From positions 1 through 53,376 of the forward strand of contig CAZNKJ010000005.1 in NCBI GenBank assembly GCA_964574145.1: a DNA stretch of 53,376 nucleotides, in the 5' to 3' direction. Of this stretch, positions 43,423 to 52,898 are shown piece by piece. Source of the stretch: an uncultured Candidatus Saccharibacteria bacterium. GTDB lineage: Bacteria; Patescibacteriota; Minisyncoccia; Phycocordibacterales; CAZNKJ01. A program made the position numbers and the translations under genes. Under the pieces are notes generated by a model. It worked only from the letters and a program-made list of their open reading frames with translations, made no database searches and had not been told where the DNA came from. Within the stretch, counting starts at the first letter, position 1. Each line of letters begins with the position of its first letter.

Positions 43423-44082
43423 TTAAGTGGATTGTTTAATAGCCCACTTGAGATTGTTTCGAGCCTGTTCTTCAAGATGTTTGAAATGCTTGGTTTTGAA
43501 AATAGTGTCTCTTTCAAGCATTTTTCTGCAAAACATCGCGCGTCCAGAATTGAAATCATCTTCTGACACGCCAAGAGCTTCTTGACGAAGCTGTGTACCC
43601 ACTTTGACGAATAGGTCATGAGGGTCACCGAGGCCTGACAGATCTATGTCAAGCAAAATTGCTAGATCGTCTTTATAACCTGAATAATTATCAGGAATGA
43701 GATGGTCCTTGGTTGCACAAATACTCTCATAAGCTACCTGTACGACTTCTGCAGGTAGCCCAAGCAATTTCAGCTCATGTTCTGCAAGCTTTGCACTACA
43801 GAGCTCATTTGTTGGAGCCAACGGCACGTACACACTGTCATGATAGAGCCATGTCCAGTATATAACGAGAGGGTTATTGATATGCTCGAACACCGTAGCT
43901 ATTTTTCTGAAGCCATCTGCAATATGGGCTTCAGTGTGATAACTTCTCCAAACTTCTCTGTATCTTTCGAGAATCGGTTGAAGGTGGCACAGGTTTCCTG
44001 AGTACATGGATGACGATTTCTTCGAAAGCATGTGAAGGGTCATATATGCACAAAAGATGGTTGTTTCATCATCATGAGTCAT
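43423..44082 (-). CDS. HD-superfamily metal-dependent phosphohydrolase (COG4339-like)
   Basis: ERYREVWRSYHTEAHI...WLYHDSVY pattern. The true start may be an internal Met. Confidence 0.6.
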   Translation of the reverse strand: MTHDDETTIFCAYMTLHMLSKKSSSMYSGNLCHLQPILERYREVWRSYHTEAHIADGFRKIATVFEHINNPLVIYWTWLYHDSVYVPLAPTNELCSAKLAEHELKLLGLPAEVVQVAYESICATKDHLIPDNYSGYKDDLAILLDIDLSGLGDPHDLFVKVGTQLRQEALGVSEDDFNSGRAMFCRKMLERDTIFKTKHFKHLEEQARNNLKWAIKQST

Positions 44083-44165
44083 CTTACCCGTTCCTTATTT
44101 AATTGTGGTGAACTTCCGTTTCTAATTTTATAGATAGTTATATATTTATACAATATTGTTGTATA

Positions 44166-44948
44166 ATGACTATACAATTTATTATGAAACTTGCTAACAC
44201 CACTCTTGAAAAGATGGGACTTTCTGAAATAGAGTCAAAAATTTTTATTGCAATGCTTGAGGGTTATTTGCGGGTTAAAGATATCCAAAATATCACAAGT
44301 GTTAAACGTCCTTCTGTTTATTATGCTATTTCTAATCTGGAAAAAAGAGGTTTAGTGGGGCGTATTCAGGTAGGGGAGTATAATCAGTGGAAAGTAAGTC
44401 CACTTTCAAAGCTTTACCATATTCTTGATGAAAGGAAACAATCTTTAGAGGCACTTACTCATGATGTGGATGATTTTGTTGCTTCGGTTCCCATTCTTAA
44501 GAATACTTCTGAAACGAAAGTTACATATTATGAAGGAACATCTGGGATAGAATCAATAGTATTTAATAGTTTATATTGTAAAGATAAAGAAATATGGTCA
44601 ATTGCTCCAGATAAAAATTTCTTTTTTGAGAGAGGGGCAAAGTTTGCCACAAAGTATGTATCAGAGCGTAGGAAAAGAGGTATCAAAACTCGGAATCTTT
44701 GGGAGAATATTTTTGATCGTGAGGTGGTCAAAGTGCTCTATGAAGATGTGTCTGAAATCAGGATTATGCCGAAGAGTATGCATGGAAAATTTCAAACTAC
44801 TGTTTTTATATATGATGACAAGGTAATGTATATCGCTCCGCAGAAGAGTAATTATGCTGTTATTTTTCAATCAAAAGATCATTCGTCTTTTATGAGGGCT
44901 GTATATGAGGCAGTATGGAACGTCTCAAAAAAACGAGGCAGTTGTTGA
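44166..44948 (+). CDS. TrmB-family transcriptional regulator
   Basis: N-terminal winged HTH LEKMGLSEIESKIFIAMLE...VKRPSVYYAISNLEKRGLV and a C-terminal effector-type domain. Confidence 0.75.
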   Translation: MTIQFIMKLANTTLEKMGLSEIESKIFIAMLEGYLRVKDIQNITSVKRPSVYYAISNLEKRGLVGRIQVGEYNQWKVSPLSKLYHILDERKQSLEALTHDVDDFVASVPILKNTSETKVTYYEGTSGIESIVFNSLYCKDKEIWSIAPDKNFFFERGAKFATKYVSERRKRGIKTRNLWENIFDREVVKVLYEDVSEIRIMPKSMHGKFQTTVFIYDDKVMYIAPQKSNYAVIFQSKDHSSFMRAVYEAVWNVSKKRGSC

Positions 44949-45005
44949 TGTTTTTTTTGAGCATTGTATACTGAGGAAACTTGTAATATTAAACTAATCA
45001 AACTT

Positions 45006-45566
45006 ATGTTATCTGTATATATAGTTGTTGGAGCTGTTGTAGTGGTTGTGTTGTGGGCTATTTTTGCATACAACAGGTTTGTAACTCTTAAGAACCGTGT
45101 TGCTGAAGCGTGGGCCGATATAGATGTACAGCTTAAACGACGTTATAATTTAATTCCCAATCTTATAAATACTGTTAAGGGCTATGCTAAGCATGAGGAA
45201 GGAACTTTATCTAAAGTAACAGAGATGCGAGCTAAAGCCATTACTGCTACAGGGACAGCGGATAAGGCACAGGCAGAAAATATGCTTACGCAGGCGTTGC
45301 GTTCAGTTTTTGCAGTGGCTGAAAATTATCCCAATCTTAAAGCAAATGAAAATTTTCTAGAGTTACAGCGTGAGCTTAGTGACACAGAAAATAAAATTCA
45401 AGCAGCGCGTCGTTTTTACAACACAAATGTGCGTGACATGAACACAGCACTTGAGAGTTTCCCACAAAACGTAGTAGGGAATATGTTCAAGTTTGAGAAT
45501 AAAGAATTCTTTGAGCTTGACGAAAATGATACAGAAGCGAGAGAGCCTGTGAATGTTAAGTTTTAA
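45006..45566 (+). CDS. LemA-family membrane protein
   Basis: N-terminal helix, then YNRFVTLKNRVAEAWADIDVQLKRRYNLIPNL...ENYPNLKANENF. ATG 45006 is preferred over the upstream non-ATG start. Confidence 0.85.
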   Translation: MLSVYIVVGAVVVVVLWAIFAYNRFVTLKNRVAEAWADIDVQLKRRYNLIPNLINTVKGYAKHEEGTLSKVTEMRAKAITATGTADKAQAENMLTQALRSVFAVAENYPNLKANENFLELQRELSDTENKIQAARRFYNTNVRDMNTALESFPQNVVGNMFKFENKEFFELDENDTEAREPVNVKF

Positions 45567-46447
45567 TGGCGACTCTTTATACGCAACAGAATAGTAATAT
45601 ACGAAAAACGTGGTTTTTAATGGGCACGTTTTTGGTTGTTGTTATTCTCATAGGGTGGGCATTTAGCTGGTATGCTAATTCTCCTATTATTCTCTATGTG
45701 GTGGTAGCGATAGCCTTCTTTATGAATTTCTTTAGTTATTGGTACTCAGATAGGGTGGTTATAAAAATGACTGGAGCAAAGCCTGTGTCGCGGGAGTCGC
45801 ATCGGGAGCTTTGGAATATTATTGAGAACCTGTCTATTACGGCAGGGCTCCCGATACCAAAAATATATATTATTAATGACGCTGCCCCGAATGCTTTTGC
45901 CACTGGACGTGATCCAAAACATGCTGTAATAGCAGTAACAGTTGGGCTTCTTAATCTTTTAGATCGTAGTGAGCTAGAGGGTGTTGTTGCTCATGAACTT
46001 TCTCACATTGGGAATCGTGATATGTTGGTTATGACAGTGGCTGTTGTTTTGGTTGGATTCCTTGCGATTTTAGCAGATATGTTTATGCGCATGACGATGT
46101 TTGGTGGAGGGAACCGTGATCGCGGAGCTTTCTTTTTAATACTTGGTTTAGTTGGAGCAATTTTAGTACCTATTGCCGCGCGCTTAATTCAGTTTGCAAT
46201 TTCACGCAAGCGTGAGTTTTTAGCTGATGCTTCGGGGGTACTTTTAACTCGTTATCCTGAAGGGCTAGCTTCCGCACTGGAAAAAATTTCTGCACAGGGT
46301 AGTCAGATGAAAAAAGCAAACCATGCAACAGCGCATCTTTTTATTGCAAATCCTTTTGGGGGTAATAAAAAGAAGACAAATTGGGTAAATAAAATGTTTA
46401 GCACGCATCCTCCTGTTGCTGAAAGAGTAGCGGCACTTCGCAGCTGA
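45566..46447 (+). CDS. htpX: HtpX-like M48 zinc metalloprotease
   Basis: HELSHIGNRD (HExxH), four TM helices, REFLAD. ATG overlaps the lemA stop. Confidence 0.9.
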   Translation: MATLYTQQNSNIRKTWFLMGTFLVVVILIGWAFSWYANSPIILYVVVAIAFFMNFFSYWYSDRVVIKMTGAKPVSRESHRELWNIIENLSITAGLPIPKIYIINDAAPNAFATGRDPKHAVIAVTVGLLNLLDRSELEGVVAHELSHIGNRDMLVMTVAVVLVGFLAILADMFMRMTMFGGGNRDRGAFFLILGLVGAILVPIAARLIQFAISRKREFLADASGVLLTRYPEGLASALEKISAQGSQMKKANHATAHLFIANPFGGNKKKTNWVNKMFSTHPPVAERVAALRS

Positions 46448-46546
46448 ATATGTCGTAGGAATGTATTTTTGTGGTAGAATGCAAGAGGAGAAATGTTCCA
46501 AATATGTAACCTAAAGAGTAATCTAAACAAAAAAAGGAGGTTAGTC

Positions 46547-46768
46547 GTGGGAGACAAAAAAGATGTTATTGTAACTTTAAATGGGGTACCAATGACGGAG
46601 GTGGAACTTAAGAGATGTGGATTAGATATAAGTAGCGACGACGAGGAGTCAGCTCGCAGGGGGTATTGGAAGAGGCGTCAAAAGGGCAAATCCCATTTTC
46701 CTTCCCAATGCAGTTGTGGTTTTGGGGGACGTAGTAGGCATCCTAAACATCGGACTCGGTGTTATTGA
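46547..46768 (+). CDS. Small hypothetical protein, basic Cys-containing C-terminus
   Basis: AAGGAGG 5 nt upstream of GTG 46547. Terminator downstream. Confidence 0.4.
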   Translation: MGDKKDVIVTLNGVPMTEVELKRCGLDISSDDEESARRGYWKRRQKGKSHFPSQCSCGFGGRSRHPKHRTRCY

Positions 46769-46811
46769 GTAATCTAAGAAAGAATTAAAATTTTTACTTA
46801 TTCCCCCCAGT

Positions 46812-46844
46812 AAAAAGGCCGTACTTTGTTACGCGCCTTTTTTA
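46812..46844 (+). terminator. Terminator hairpin
   Basis: AAAGGCCGT...ACGCGCCTTT, then TTTATT. Confidence 0.6.
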
Positions 46845-46877
46845 TTGAAATAGTGGATATGGTAGACTAGACTTCTT

Positions 46878-46906
46878 GGAGAAGTAGCTGAGTGGTTAAA
46901 AGCGAG
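46878..46906 (+). pseudogene. Truncated tRNA-Ser-like 5' fragment (acceptor 5' strand plus D arm)
   Basis: GGAGAAGTAGCTGAGTGGTTAAAAGCG compared with GGAGAGGTGGCTGAGTGGTTTAAGGCG of the intact gene 51 nt downstream. No anticodon or T arm follows. Confidence 0.45.
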
Positions 46907-46928
46907 AGATTGTTTTCCATCGCAAAGC

Positions 46929-47013
46929 GGAGAGGTGGCTGAGTGGTTTAAGGCGCTCGCTTGGAAAGCGAGTGTGCCGTAAGGTACCGCAGGTTCAAAT
47001 CCTGTCCTCTCCG
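46929..47013 (+). tRNA. tRNA-Ser (anticodon GGA), type II with long variable arm
   Basis: Acceptor GGAGAGG/CCTCTCC, anticodon stem CTCGC/GCGAG with loop TTGGAAA (GGA at 46963-46965), variable arm TGTGCCGTAAGGTACCGC, T arm GCAGG-TTCAAAT-CCTGT, discriminator G. Confidence 0.9.
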
Positions 47014-47224
47014 CTTTGCGATGGAGAAAGCGAGTGTAATGAAACTTCCGCACATGACTAGCGAAGAAAGATAACATATTGCAGGCGCAGGACGATTTGT
47101 TAAGTAAGAGTGAGTTCCAAGCTTTAATATTCAGACATTTTTTTGAGATTTGTTATTATCAGAAAGACTTGATATAAGAAAAGTGTAAAAAGATAAAATC
47201 TATTATTTTATAAAATAAAAAAAT

Positions 47225-47986
47225 ATGGAAGAACAGCAATCATTATCGACCAAACAAGAATGTTATAAAATACGACAACAAGAAAAGTTAAATAAGCAAA
47301 AACAGCTTAAACAGAAAAAGCTCCACAAGCGTATTCTTCTTTGGTCTATTGTTGTTCTGGCGGTAAGTGCGGCAATTTTTGGGATGACTCAACTTGCTCA
47401 AACATCAGAAGATTCTGTTAAGGTTAAGAACAAGTCAGCATTTGTGGCGGATGTTTCAGGTAATGATTGGGTGAAAGGAAATACAAAATCTAATATTGTT
47501 CTTATTGAGTACAGTGATTTTCAGTGTCCTGCGTGTGGAAGATATTACCCAATTCTTAAAGAGCTTTCTCAAGAATTTAAAAATAATATACAGTTTGTTT
47601 ATCGTCATTTTCCTCTAAGACAAATTCACGCTAACGCGCAATTTGCGGCACAGGCAGCTGAAGCTGCGGGTAAACAAGGTAAATTTTGGGAAATGCACGA
47701 TGTAATCTTTGAAAAACAAAGTGAATGGTCTAATCAAAAGCGTGAACAAGTGGAAGAAAATTTTATATCATATGCTAGAGTATTAAATATTGATGTTACT
47801 CAATTTAAAGAAGATCTTAATTCAAAAGAAGTAATAGATAAAGTAAACAATAGTTATCAGGGAGGTATTAAGGCTAGAGTAAATTCCACACCAACTTTCT
47901 TTTTGAATGGGGAAAAGATACAAAATCCTAGAAGTTATGAAGAGTTTAGAAATGTCATCAATAAAGCCCTCGACAGTAGTTCCTAA
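47225..47986 (+). CDS. DsbA-family thiol:disulfide oxidoreductase, membrane-anchored
   Basis: Anchor helix, IEYSDFQCPACGRYYP (CxxC), YRHFPL. Confidence 0.85.
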   Translation: MEEQQSLSTKQECYKIRQQEKLNKQKQLKQKKLHKRILLWSIVVLAVSAAIFGMTQLAQTSEDSVKVKNKSAFVADVSGNDWVKGNTKSNIVLIEYSDFQCPACGRYYPILKELSQEFKNNIQFVYRHFPLRQIHANAQFAAQAAEAAGKQGKFWEMHDVIFEKQSEWSNQKREQVEENFISYARVLNIDVTQFKEDLNSKEVIDKVNNSYQGGIKARVNSTPTFFLNGEKIQNPRSYEEFRNVINKALDSSS

Positions 47987-48401
47987 GTGGATTGTTTCTG
48001 TTCTAATAGTTATAAGTTTTGTTGGTTTCTTAAATGCAACTTATCTTACAGCGAAGCACTACATTGGCACACCGCTTCCATGTTCAATTCTTGAGGGCTG
48101 TGAACAGGTAACTAATAGTAAATATTCTATTGTTTTTGGTGTCCCTGTTGCTTTAGGTGGTGTGTTTTATTATCTTTCTATTTTTATTCTATTAATTATT
48201 TATCTAGATATAAGAAAAAATAAAGTATTATCTCTGGCCTCTCTACTTACTGTTGTTGGCTTTCTTGCATCAATGTGGTTTGTATATCTTCAACTTTTTA
48301 TTATAAAAGCCATTTGTCTTTACTGTATGGTTTCGGCAGTAATTTCTACTATTCTATTTATTTTAGGAGTTATTATATTAAGTTATAATAAAAAGAGATA
48401 A
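47952..48401 (+). CDS. Vitamin K epoxide reductase (VKOR)-family protein
   Basis: Four helices, loop cysteines PCSILEGCEQV and membrane CLYC (CxxC). Overlaps the dsbA-like gene end. The start could be 47937 or 47952. Confidence 0.75.
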   Translation: MSSIKPSTVVPKWIVSVLIVISFVGFLNATYLTAKHYIGTPLPCSILEGCEQVTNSKYSIVFGVPVALGGVFYYLSIFILLIIYLDIRKNKVLSLASLLTVVGFLASMWFVYLQLFIIKAICLYCMVSAVISTILFILGVIILSYNKKR

Positions 48402-48431
48402 AATTTAAAAATCAAATATTAATAAAATAAA

Positions 48432-50747
48432 ATGACAGAATTTTTAACAAGTATAGATATTCATTTTGTATACCTTTTCATCTTTACGTTAGGTTTATCG
48501 TTTGGTACAGGCTCAGCGCTTCTCAATGGTGTACTTTTTTATGTTGCTGCAAAGGATGAGAAAATTTCACGCAATGAATTTTTAATGCTTAAGAATGCAC
48601 GAAATATCACTTGGTTTGGTGTTTTGCTTTATGCGTTTGGAGGTGTCGGACTGTTTACACTTGCGTATGAGTCAATGCTCCAACTTGGAATATTTTATGC
48701 AAGTATAACCATTTTTACTATTCTCGTTATTAATTCCCTTGTATTTCATTTTTACCATATTCCAAATCTTGAAAAAAAATTAAATGAGAGCAAGGGGGAT
48801 GAGAGCAAGTTTTCATACAATGCTTATATTTTAATTAGTGGGCTGATTTCCATAGTATCGTGGGTGTTTCTTAATCTACATCACTCAATGCATAGGTCGG
48901 ATATTGGATTTTGGATATTTATAACAATGTATATGTTTACCGTGAGTATTGGGGTATATGTTGTGCGATTTTTATTTAATGAAAAATTAAAAAAGAAAGA
49001 CTCTTTTATTTTAAAGAAATTTACTGTGATAACTGCAGTATTTACTATTATTTTATTAATTATCAGTATTATTTTTAGTATAGTTATTTTTGGTAACAAA
49101 AAGGGAACAGGGTTAGAAAAAACCACTAAGATCAGTCTCCCTGTTTATACACAAAAAGAAATTAAATTACACAGCAATACCAAAGACTGCTGGGTGAGTA
49201 TTGATGATATGGTTTTTGATGCTAGCGTGGCTGTAGAGAAATACCCTGAAATATATTCATGTGGAGAGGATGTTACTGAAAAATATCGTAAAGTAATCAC
49301 GGAAGGTGTTAGCAGTAGGATGATGAAATATCAAGTTGGTTTTGTTGGATACACTCGTGAAGAAGTGGCACTTCATAATGAAAATAGGAAAGATTGTTGG
49401 CTTATAATTGATGATTTTGTACTTGATGCAACAAAAGAATCTAAACTCCATCCAGCTGCATTTAATTGTGGAATGGATGCATCTGAAAACTACCATAAAA
49501 ATCATGGTGATGGTATTAGTAATAAGATGATGAAATATAAAATAGGTATTGTGAGTGACAGTACGAGCTCAGTAAGTACTGAGGGTGTTTCAGAAGAAAA
49601 AGGGGTATTAAAACCATACCGAGAATTGTATGTAAAAGAGAGTTCTTGGAAGCCGGAAAATCTTATGGTAATTGTTGAGAAAAAAGCAGAAAGATTGCTT
49701 TTTATTGATGGAAGTACTAATAAAGAAATAGGACGTATTCATAATATTGGTTACCAGCCACATACTTCAGTTTATTCTCCGAAAGCTAAGTATATGTATA
49801 TCATTGCTCGTGATGGATGGCTTACAAAAATAGATTTAGAGACACTAGAGCCAATAAAATCAATTAAAGTTGGAAAGAACTCAAGAGGAACGGCACTCAC
49901 AGATAATGGAAAATATTTAGCTATTGGTAATTATGAGCCAGGAAATATTGTGATTGTTGATCCAACTTCAATGGAAGTTTTAAAAGAAATTCCAACAGTG
50001 GGAGAGATCAATGGAAAACAAGTGGAATCTCGCGTAGGTGCGATGATTGAAGATGGTGATAAAATCATTGCAGCTTTAAAGGATTTAAATAGTGTTTGGA
50101 TAATAGATACATCCAAGAGAGGTTTCCCAGTAATTAAAAAACTTTGGGATATTGGCAATAACAAAACTCCATTACATGATGCGTTTCTAACGCCTGATGG
50201 AAGGTTTTATATCGTGGCATCAATGGGTTCAAATACAGTGTGGGTCATGGATACAAATACTTGGAAAGAGGTGGCGGAAGTAAAGACAGGGAAAACTCCA
50301 CACACAGGACCTGGGGCTACGTGGGGTGATAATGTGTATGTTCCTGCAATGGGGGAAGGTTTAATTACTGTAATAAATATTAAAACTTGGAAGCCTATAA
50401 AGTACATTAAAACAGCAGGGCCTGGGCTGTTCGTACGCGCGTATGGTAAGAATCCAAACTATCCATATGTTTGGGCAGAAACTGCGTTTGGTGATAATAA
50501 TGATGAAATTTATGTTATTGATGCGCGTATAAATGAAATTGTTAAGACGATAATTCCAGTCAAGGGGGAGAGTTCATGGCATCCTGAATTTACGAATAAT
50601 GGTAAGTATGTATATATTGTTTCGCAGACAGCAAATGAGGTAGAGGTCTACGATGCTAATACATTTAAAATTGTAAAGCGGATAGAGGCCAACACACCCT
50701 CGGCAGTATCTAACGTGGGTAACAGAATTGAAGAGTTGGGCTTGTGA
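48432..50747 (+). CDS. Fusion protein: polytopic membrane domain + two cytochrome-b5-like domains + cytochrome cd1 (haem d1)-type eight-bladed beta-propeller-like domain
   Basis: Residues 1-220 carry about 6 helices. There are two repeats of Y(T)..E(I/V).LH....DCW..IDD.V.DA......P....CG.D..E.Y. The C-terminal ~390 aa resemble NirS/NirF/NirN d1 domains (LFIDGSTNKEIGRI..GYQPHTSVYSP..YMYIIARDGWLTKIDL). Confidence 0.75.
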   Translation: MTEFLTSIDIHFVYLFIFTLGLSFGTGSALLNGVLFYVAAKDEKISRNEFLMLKNARNITWFGVLLYAFGGVGLFTLAYESMLQLGIFYASITIFTILVINSLVFHFYHIPNLEKKLNESKGDESKFSYNAYILISGLISIVSWVFLNLHHSMHRSDIGFWIFITMYMFTVSIGVYVVRFLFNEKLKKKDSFILKKFTVITAVFTIILLIISIIFSIVIFGNKKGTGLEKTTKISLPVYTQKEIKLHSNTKDCWVSIDDMVFDASVAVEKYPEIYSCGEDVTEKYRKVITEGVSSRMMKYQVGFVGYTREEVALHNENRKDCWLIIDDFVLDATKESKLHPAAFNCGMDASENYHKNHGDGISNKMMKYKIGIVSDSTSSVSTEGVSEEKGVLKPYRELYVKESSWKPENLMVIVEKKAERLLFIDGSTNKEIGRIHNIGYQPHTSVYSPKAKYMYIIARDGWLTKIDLETLEPIKSIKVGKNSRGTALTDNGKYLAIGNYEPGNIVIVDPTSMEVLKEIPTVGEINGKQVESRVGAMIEDGDKIIAALKDLNSVWIIDTSKRGFPVIKKLWDIGNNKTPLHDAFLTPDGRFYIVASMGSNTVWVMDTNTWKEVAEVKTGKTPHTGPGATWGDNVYVPAMGEGLITVINIKTWKPIKYIKTAGPGLFVRAYGKNPNYPYVWAETAFGDNNDEIYVIDARINEIVKTIIPVKGESSWHPEFTNNGKYVYIVSQTANEVEVYDANTFKIVKRIEANTPSAVSNVGNRIEELGL

Positions 50748-50823
50748 GGTGGTAATAAATTATTCTAATCTGGGAGTGGGGTTTTGTTAGCGAGTGTGAT
50801 TATTTAATAAATTTATTTGAAAT

Positions 50824-51309
50824 ATGCAGAGCGCGTCAAATATGGGAATACTTTTGGTGGTTATTTTTATTCCAGTCATTTTAATTGTCTTGTATTTAGG
50901 GGGTGAGAAAAACACTCTTCCTTATAAAACAGATATGGTGGGAAAGCAAACAATCCATATTGGTAATGTCCCAATAAAGGTTACTGTGGCTGATACTGAA
51001 GCGGAGCGCACACAAGGGCTTTCTGGAAAAAAATCTTTACAAGTAAATGAAGGCCTTTTATTTATTTTTTCCAAAAGCGGAGCTTATGGGATATGGATGA
51101 AAGACATGCAATTTCCTATTGATATTATATGGATTTCAAAAAATGGATATGTCGTGGATATAAAAAAGGGTGTTACCCCACAGACCTTCCCTACGATCTT
51201 TTATCCCAGAGAGCTCGCTTCTTACATACTTGAAGTTAATGCGCTTTTTACAGAGGTGCGTGGAATTAGGGTGGGTGACAAGGTCTCTTTCCCTAAAAAT
51301 TTGTTCTAA
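50824..51309 (+). CDS. DUF192 domain protein
   Basis: VADTEAERTQGLSG...GLLFIF....IWMKDMQFPIDIIW. Confidence 0.8.
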   Translation: MQSASNMGILLVVIFIPVILIVLYLGGEKNTLPYKTDMVGKQTIHIGNVPIKVTVADTEAERTQGLSGKKSLQVNEGLLFIFSKSGAYGIWMKDMQFPIDIIWISKNGYVVDIKKGVTPQTFPTIFYPRELASYILEVNALFTEVRGIRVGDKVSFPKNLF

Positions 51310-51489
51310 ACCAGTTTATAAGACGATTTGGTTTCTTGGTTAGCAACTAGGTAAGTGTATAGGTATATTTAGTGGTTTGGATCGAATACTTGCAATTTAT
51401 TTTTTTTATGGTACTCTATACTTAGTTTTAAAGTATAAGAAAGGGAGTCATTTTGACGACCCTATGGAAAAAAGAGGATTAAGAAACTG

Positions 51490-51729
51490 ATGAAGAAATC
51501 ACAATTTCTTGGTGGCATCTTTCTTGTGTTAGGTGTTGCTTTGGTTTTTTTAGTAACGTATGACGTTACCAAGAAAAACACTCCATTTTCGATAGTTAAC
51601 GAGGTTGGAAAAGGATGCACGGCGGGAGTAGCAATTGATATTCCCGCAGAAGTTGCGTATTGTGCAGACTCGAAAAGGGCATTATATTGGGTCGATTTAT
51701 CAGCCTATGGACCATATGTTAAGCTCTAG
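51490..51729 (+). CDS. Small secreted/anchored hypothetical protein
   Basis: N-terminal hydrophobic helix. ORF only. Confidence 0.4.
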   Translation: MKKSQFLGGIFLVLGVALVFLVTYDVTKKNTPFSIVNEVGKGCTAGVAIDIPAEVAYCADSKRALYWVDLSAYGPYVKL

Positions 51730-51823
51730 AGATTTCTGCAGAAGTTGTTATAAAAGGTCGGACAAAAGGATTATCCTTTGTCCGACCTTTATTTGAATAT
51801 AAATATGATGTACTATATTCATT

Positions 51824-52852
51824 ATGATCTTATGGAGTAATTCTGGTTGGATCTTCTCAAGAACTAATATAATCAGATATATTATTTTTATTATCGGGTT
51901 ATGCGTGACTCTGTTTTTTGTATTTTATTTTTATAAATCTACCCCAGTATATATTCCTGGAAAAGAAGGAGTAATTTATTTTTCAGCTCGAACAAATAAA
52001 CCTGGATATCTTACCTCCGTTTTTATTTTAGATGTTGCTAGTAAGAAAATATTTGGTATTAAGGCGACTAAACCAAATACAATTACTAATACTAATAGTA
52101 TTTCTCCCGAACAAAATAAAAATGTGTATAGTGAAGCGTCTCTTTTAAAAGGCAAAAATGATATATTTTATATTCCTAATATTTTTCAATTGGCAGTTTT
52201 TGATACTGCGGAAGGCACCACTCGATTCATTACTCACTCTAATACTTACAAAACAACACCGGACTGGTCTCCTTCTGGTACGCTCATAGCATTTGCATCT
52301 CGAACTTTGACAAGTGGTGGTCTTTATAAATCTGGAGTGGGGTTGTGGGATATCAAGATTTCAAATCTTTCTGGGGATGAGTCTTTTATTACAAGTGGTT
52401 TCCAGCCACAGTGGTTTCCAGACGGGGTACATTTACTTATTTTGAAAGAGTATGGACTATATATAGTTAATAAAGATACTAAGGACGAACAAAAGCTCTC
52501 TGGTATTGAAGAAATTCCAATGTCTACAAATATGAAGATGGATCTTTCGCGAGATGGATCACGGATAGCTCTTTCGCTTTCTGAATCAGGGAGAGTTTTC
52601 ATTATTGATTTACTCTCATTAGAGAACGCTAGAGCAAAAGTAAATCGTGAAATATCAGGACCTGCGTTTTGGCCTATATTTTCTGAGGATGGTAATAAAT
52701 TGGCATTATATGAAGTGGATATAAATTCATTAACCGTTGGTTCACAATCAAGGATTTCTGTTTACAATCTAGAAACGTCTGAAAGAAAGATTCTTTATGA
52801 TTTATCCGCTTTTGATCCTAGATCTATCGCGATCACTGATTGGCGTAAGTAA
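51824..52852 (+). CDS. Membrane-anchored TolB-like (PD40/WD40-like) beta-propeller protein
   Basis: Anchor helix, then repeated ..PDWSPSG..IAF.., ..PQWFPDG.., ..DLSRDGSRIAL.., ..FSEDGNKLAL.. blades. Confidence 0.65.
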   Translation: MILWSNSGWIFSRTNIIRYIIFIIGLCVTLFFVFYFYKSTPVYIPGKEGVIYFSARTNKPGYLTSVFILDVASKKIFGIKATKPNTITNTNSISPEQNKNVYSEASLLKGKNDIFYIPNIFQLAVFDTAEGTTRFITHSNTYKTTPDWSPSGTLIAFASRTLTSGGLYKSGVGLWDIKISNLSGDESFITSGFQPQWFPDGVHLLILKEYGLYIVNKDTKDEQKLSGIEEIPMSTNMKMDLSRDGSRIALSLSESGRVFIIDLLSLENARAKVNREISGPAFWPIFSEDGNKLALYEVDINSLTVGSQSRISVYNLETSERKILYDLSAFDPRSIAITDWRK

Positions 52853-52898
52853 TTTTTGTTTACTATAAAGTTATGTCTAATTTTAATACACTATAACT

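Noticed and set aside
46829-47077. 82-aa minus-strand ORF with repeated (A/L)(L/F)NHSATSP.
   Set aside because: It is antisense to tRNA-Ser and the tRNA fragment. The peptide repeat mirrors the duplicated D-arm sequence.
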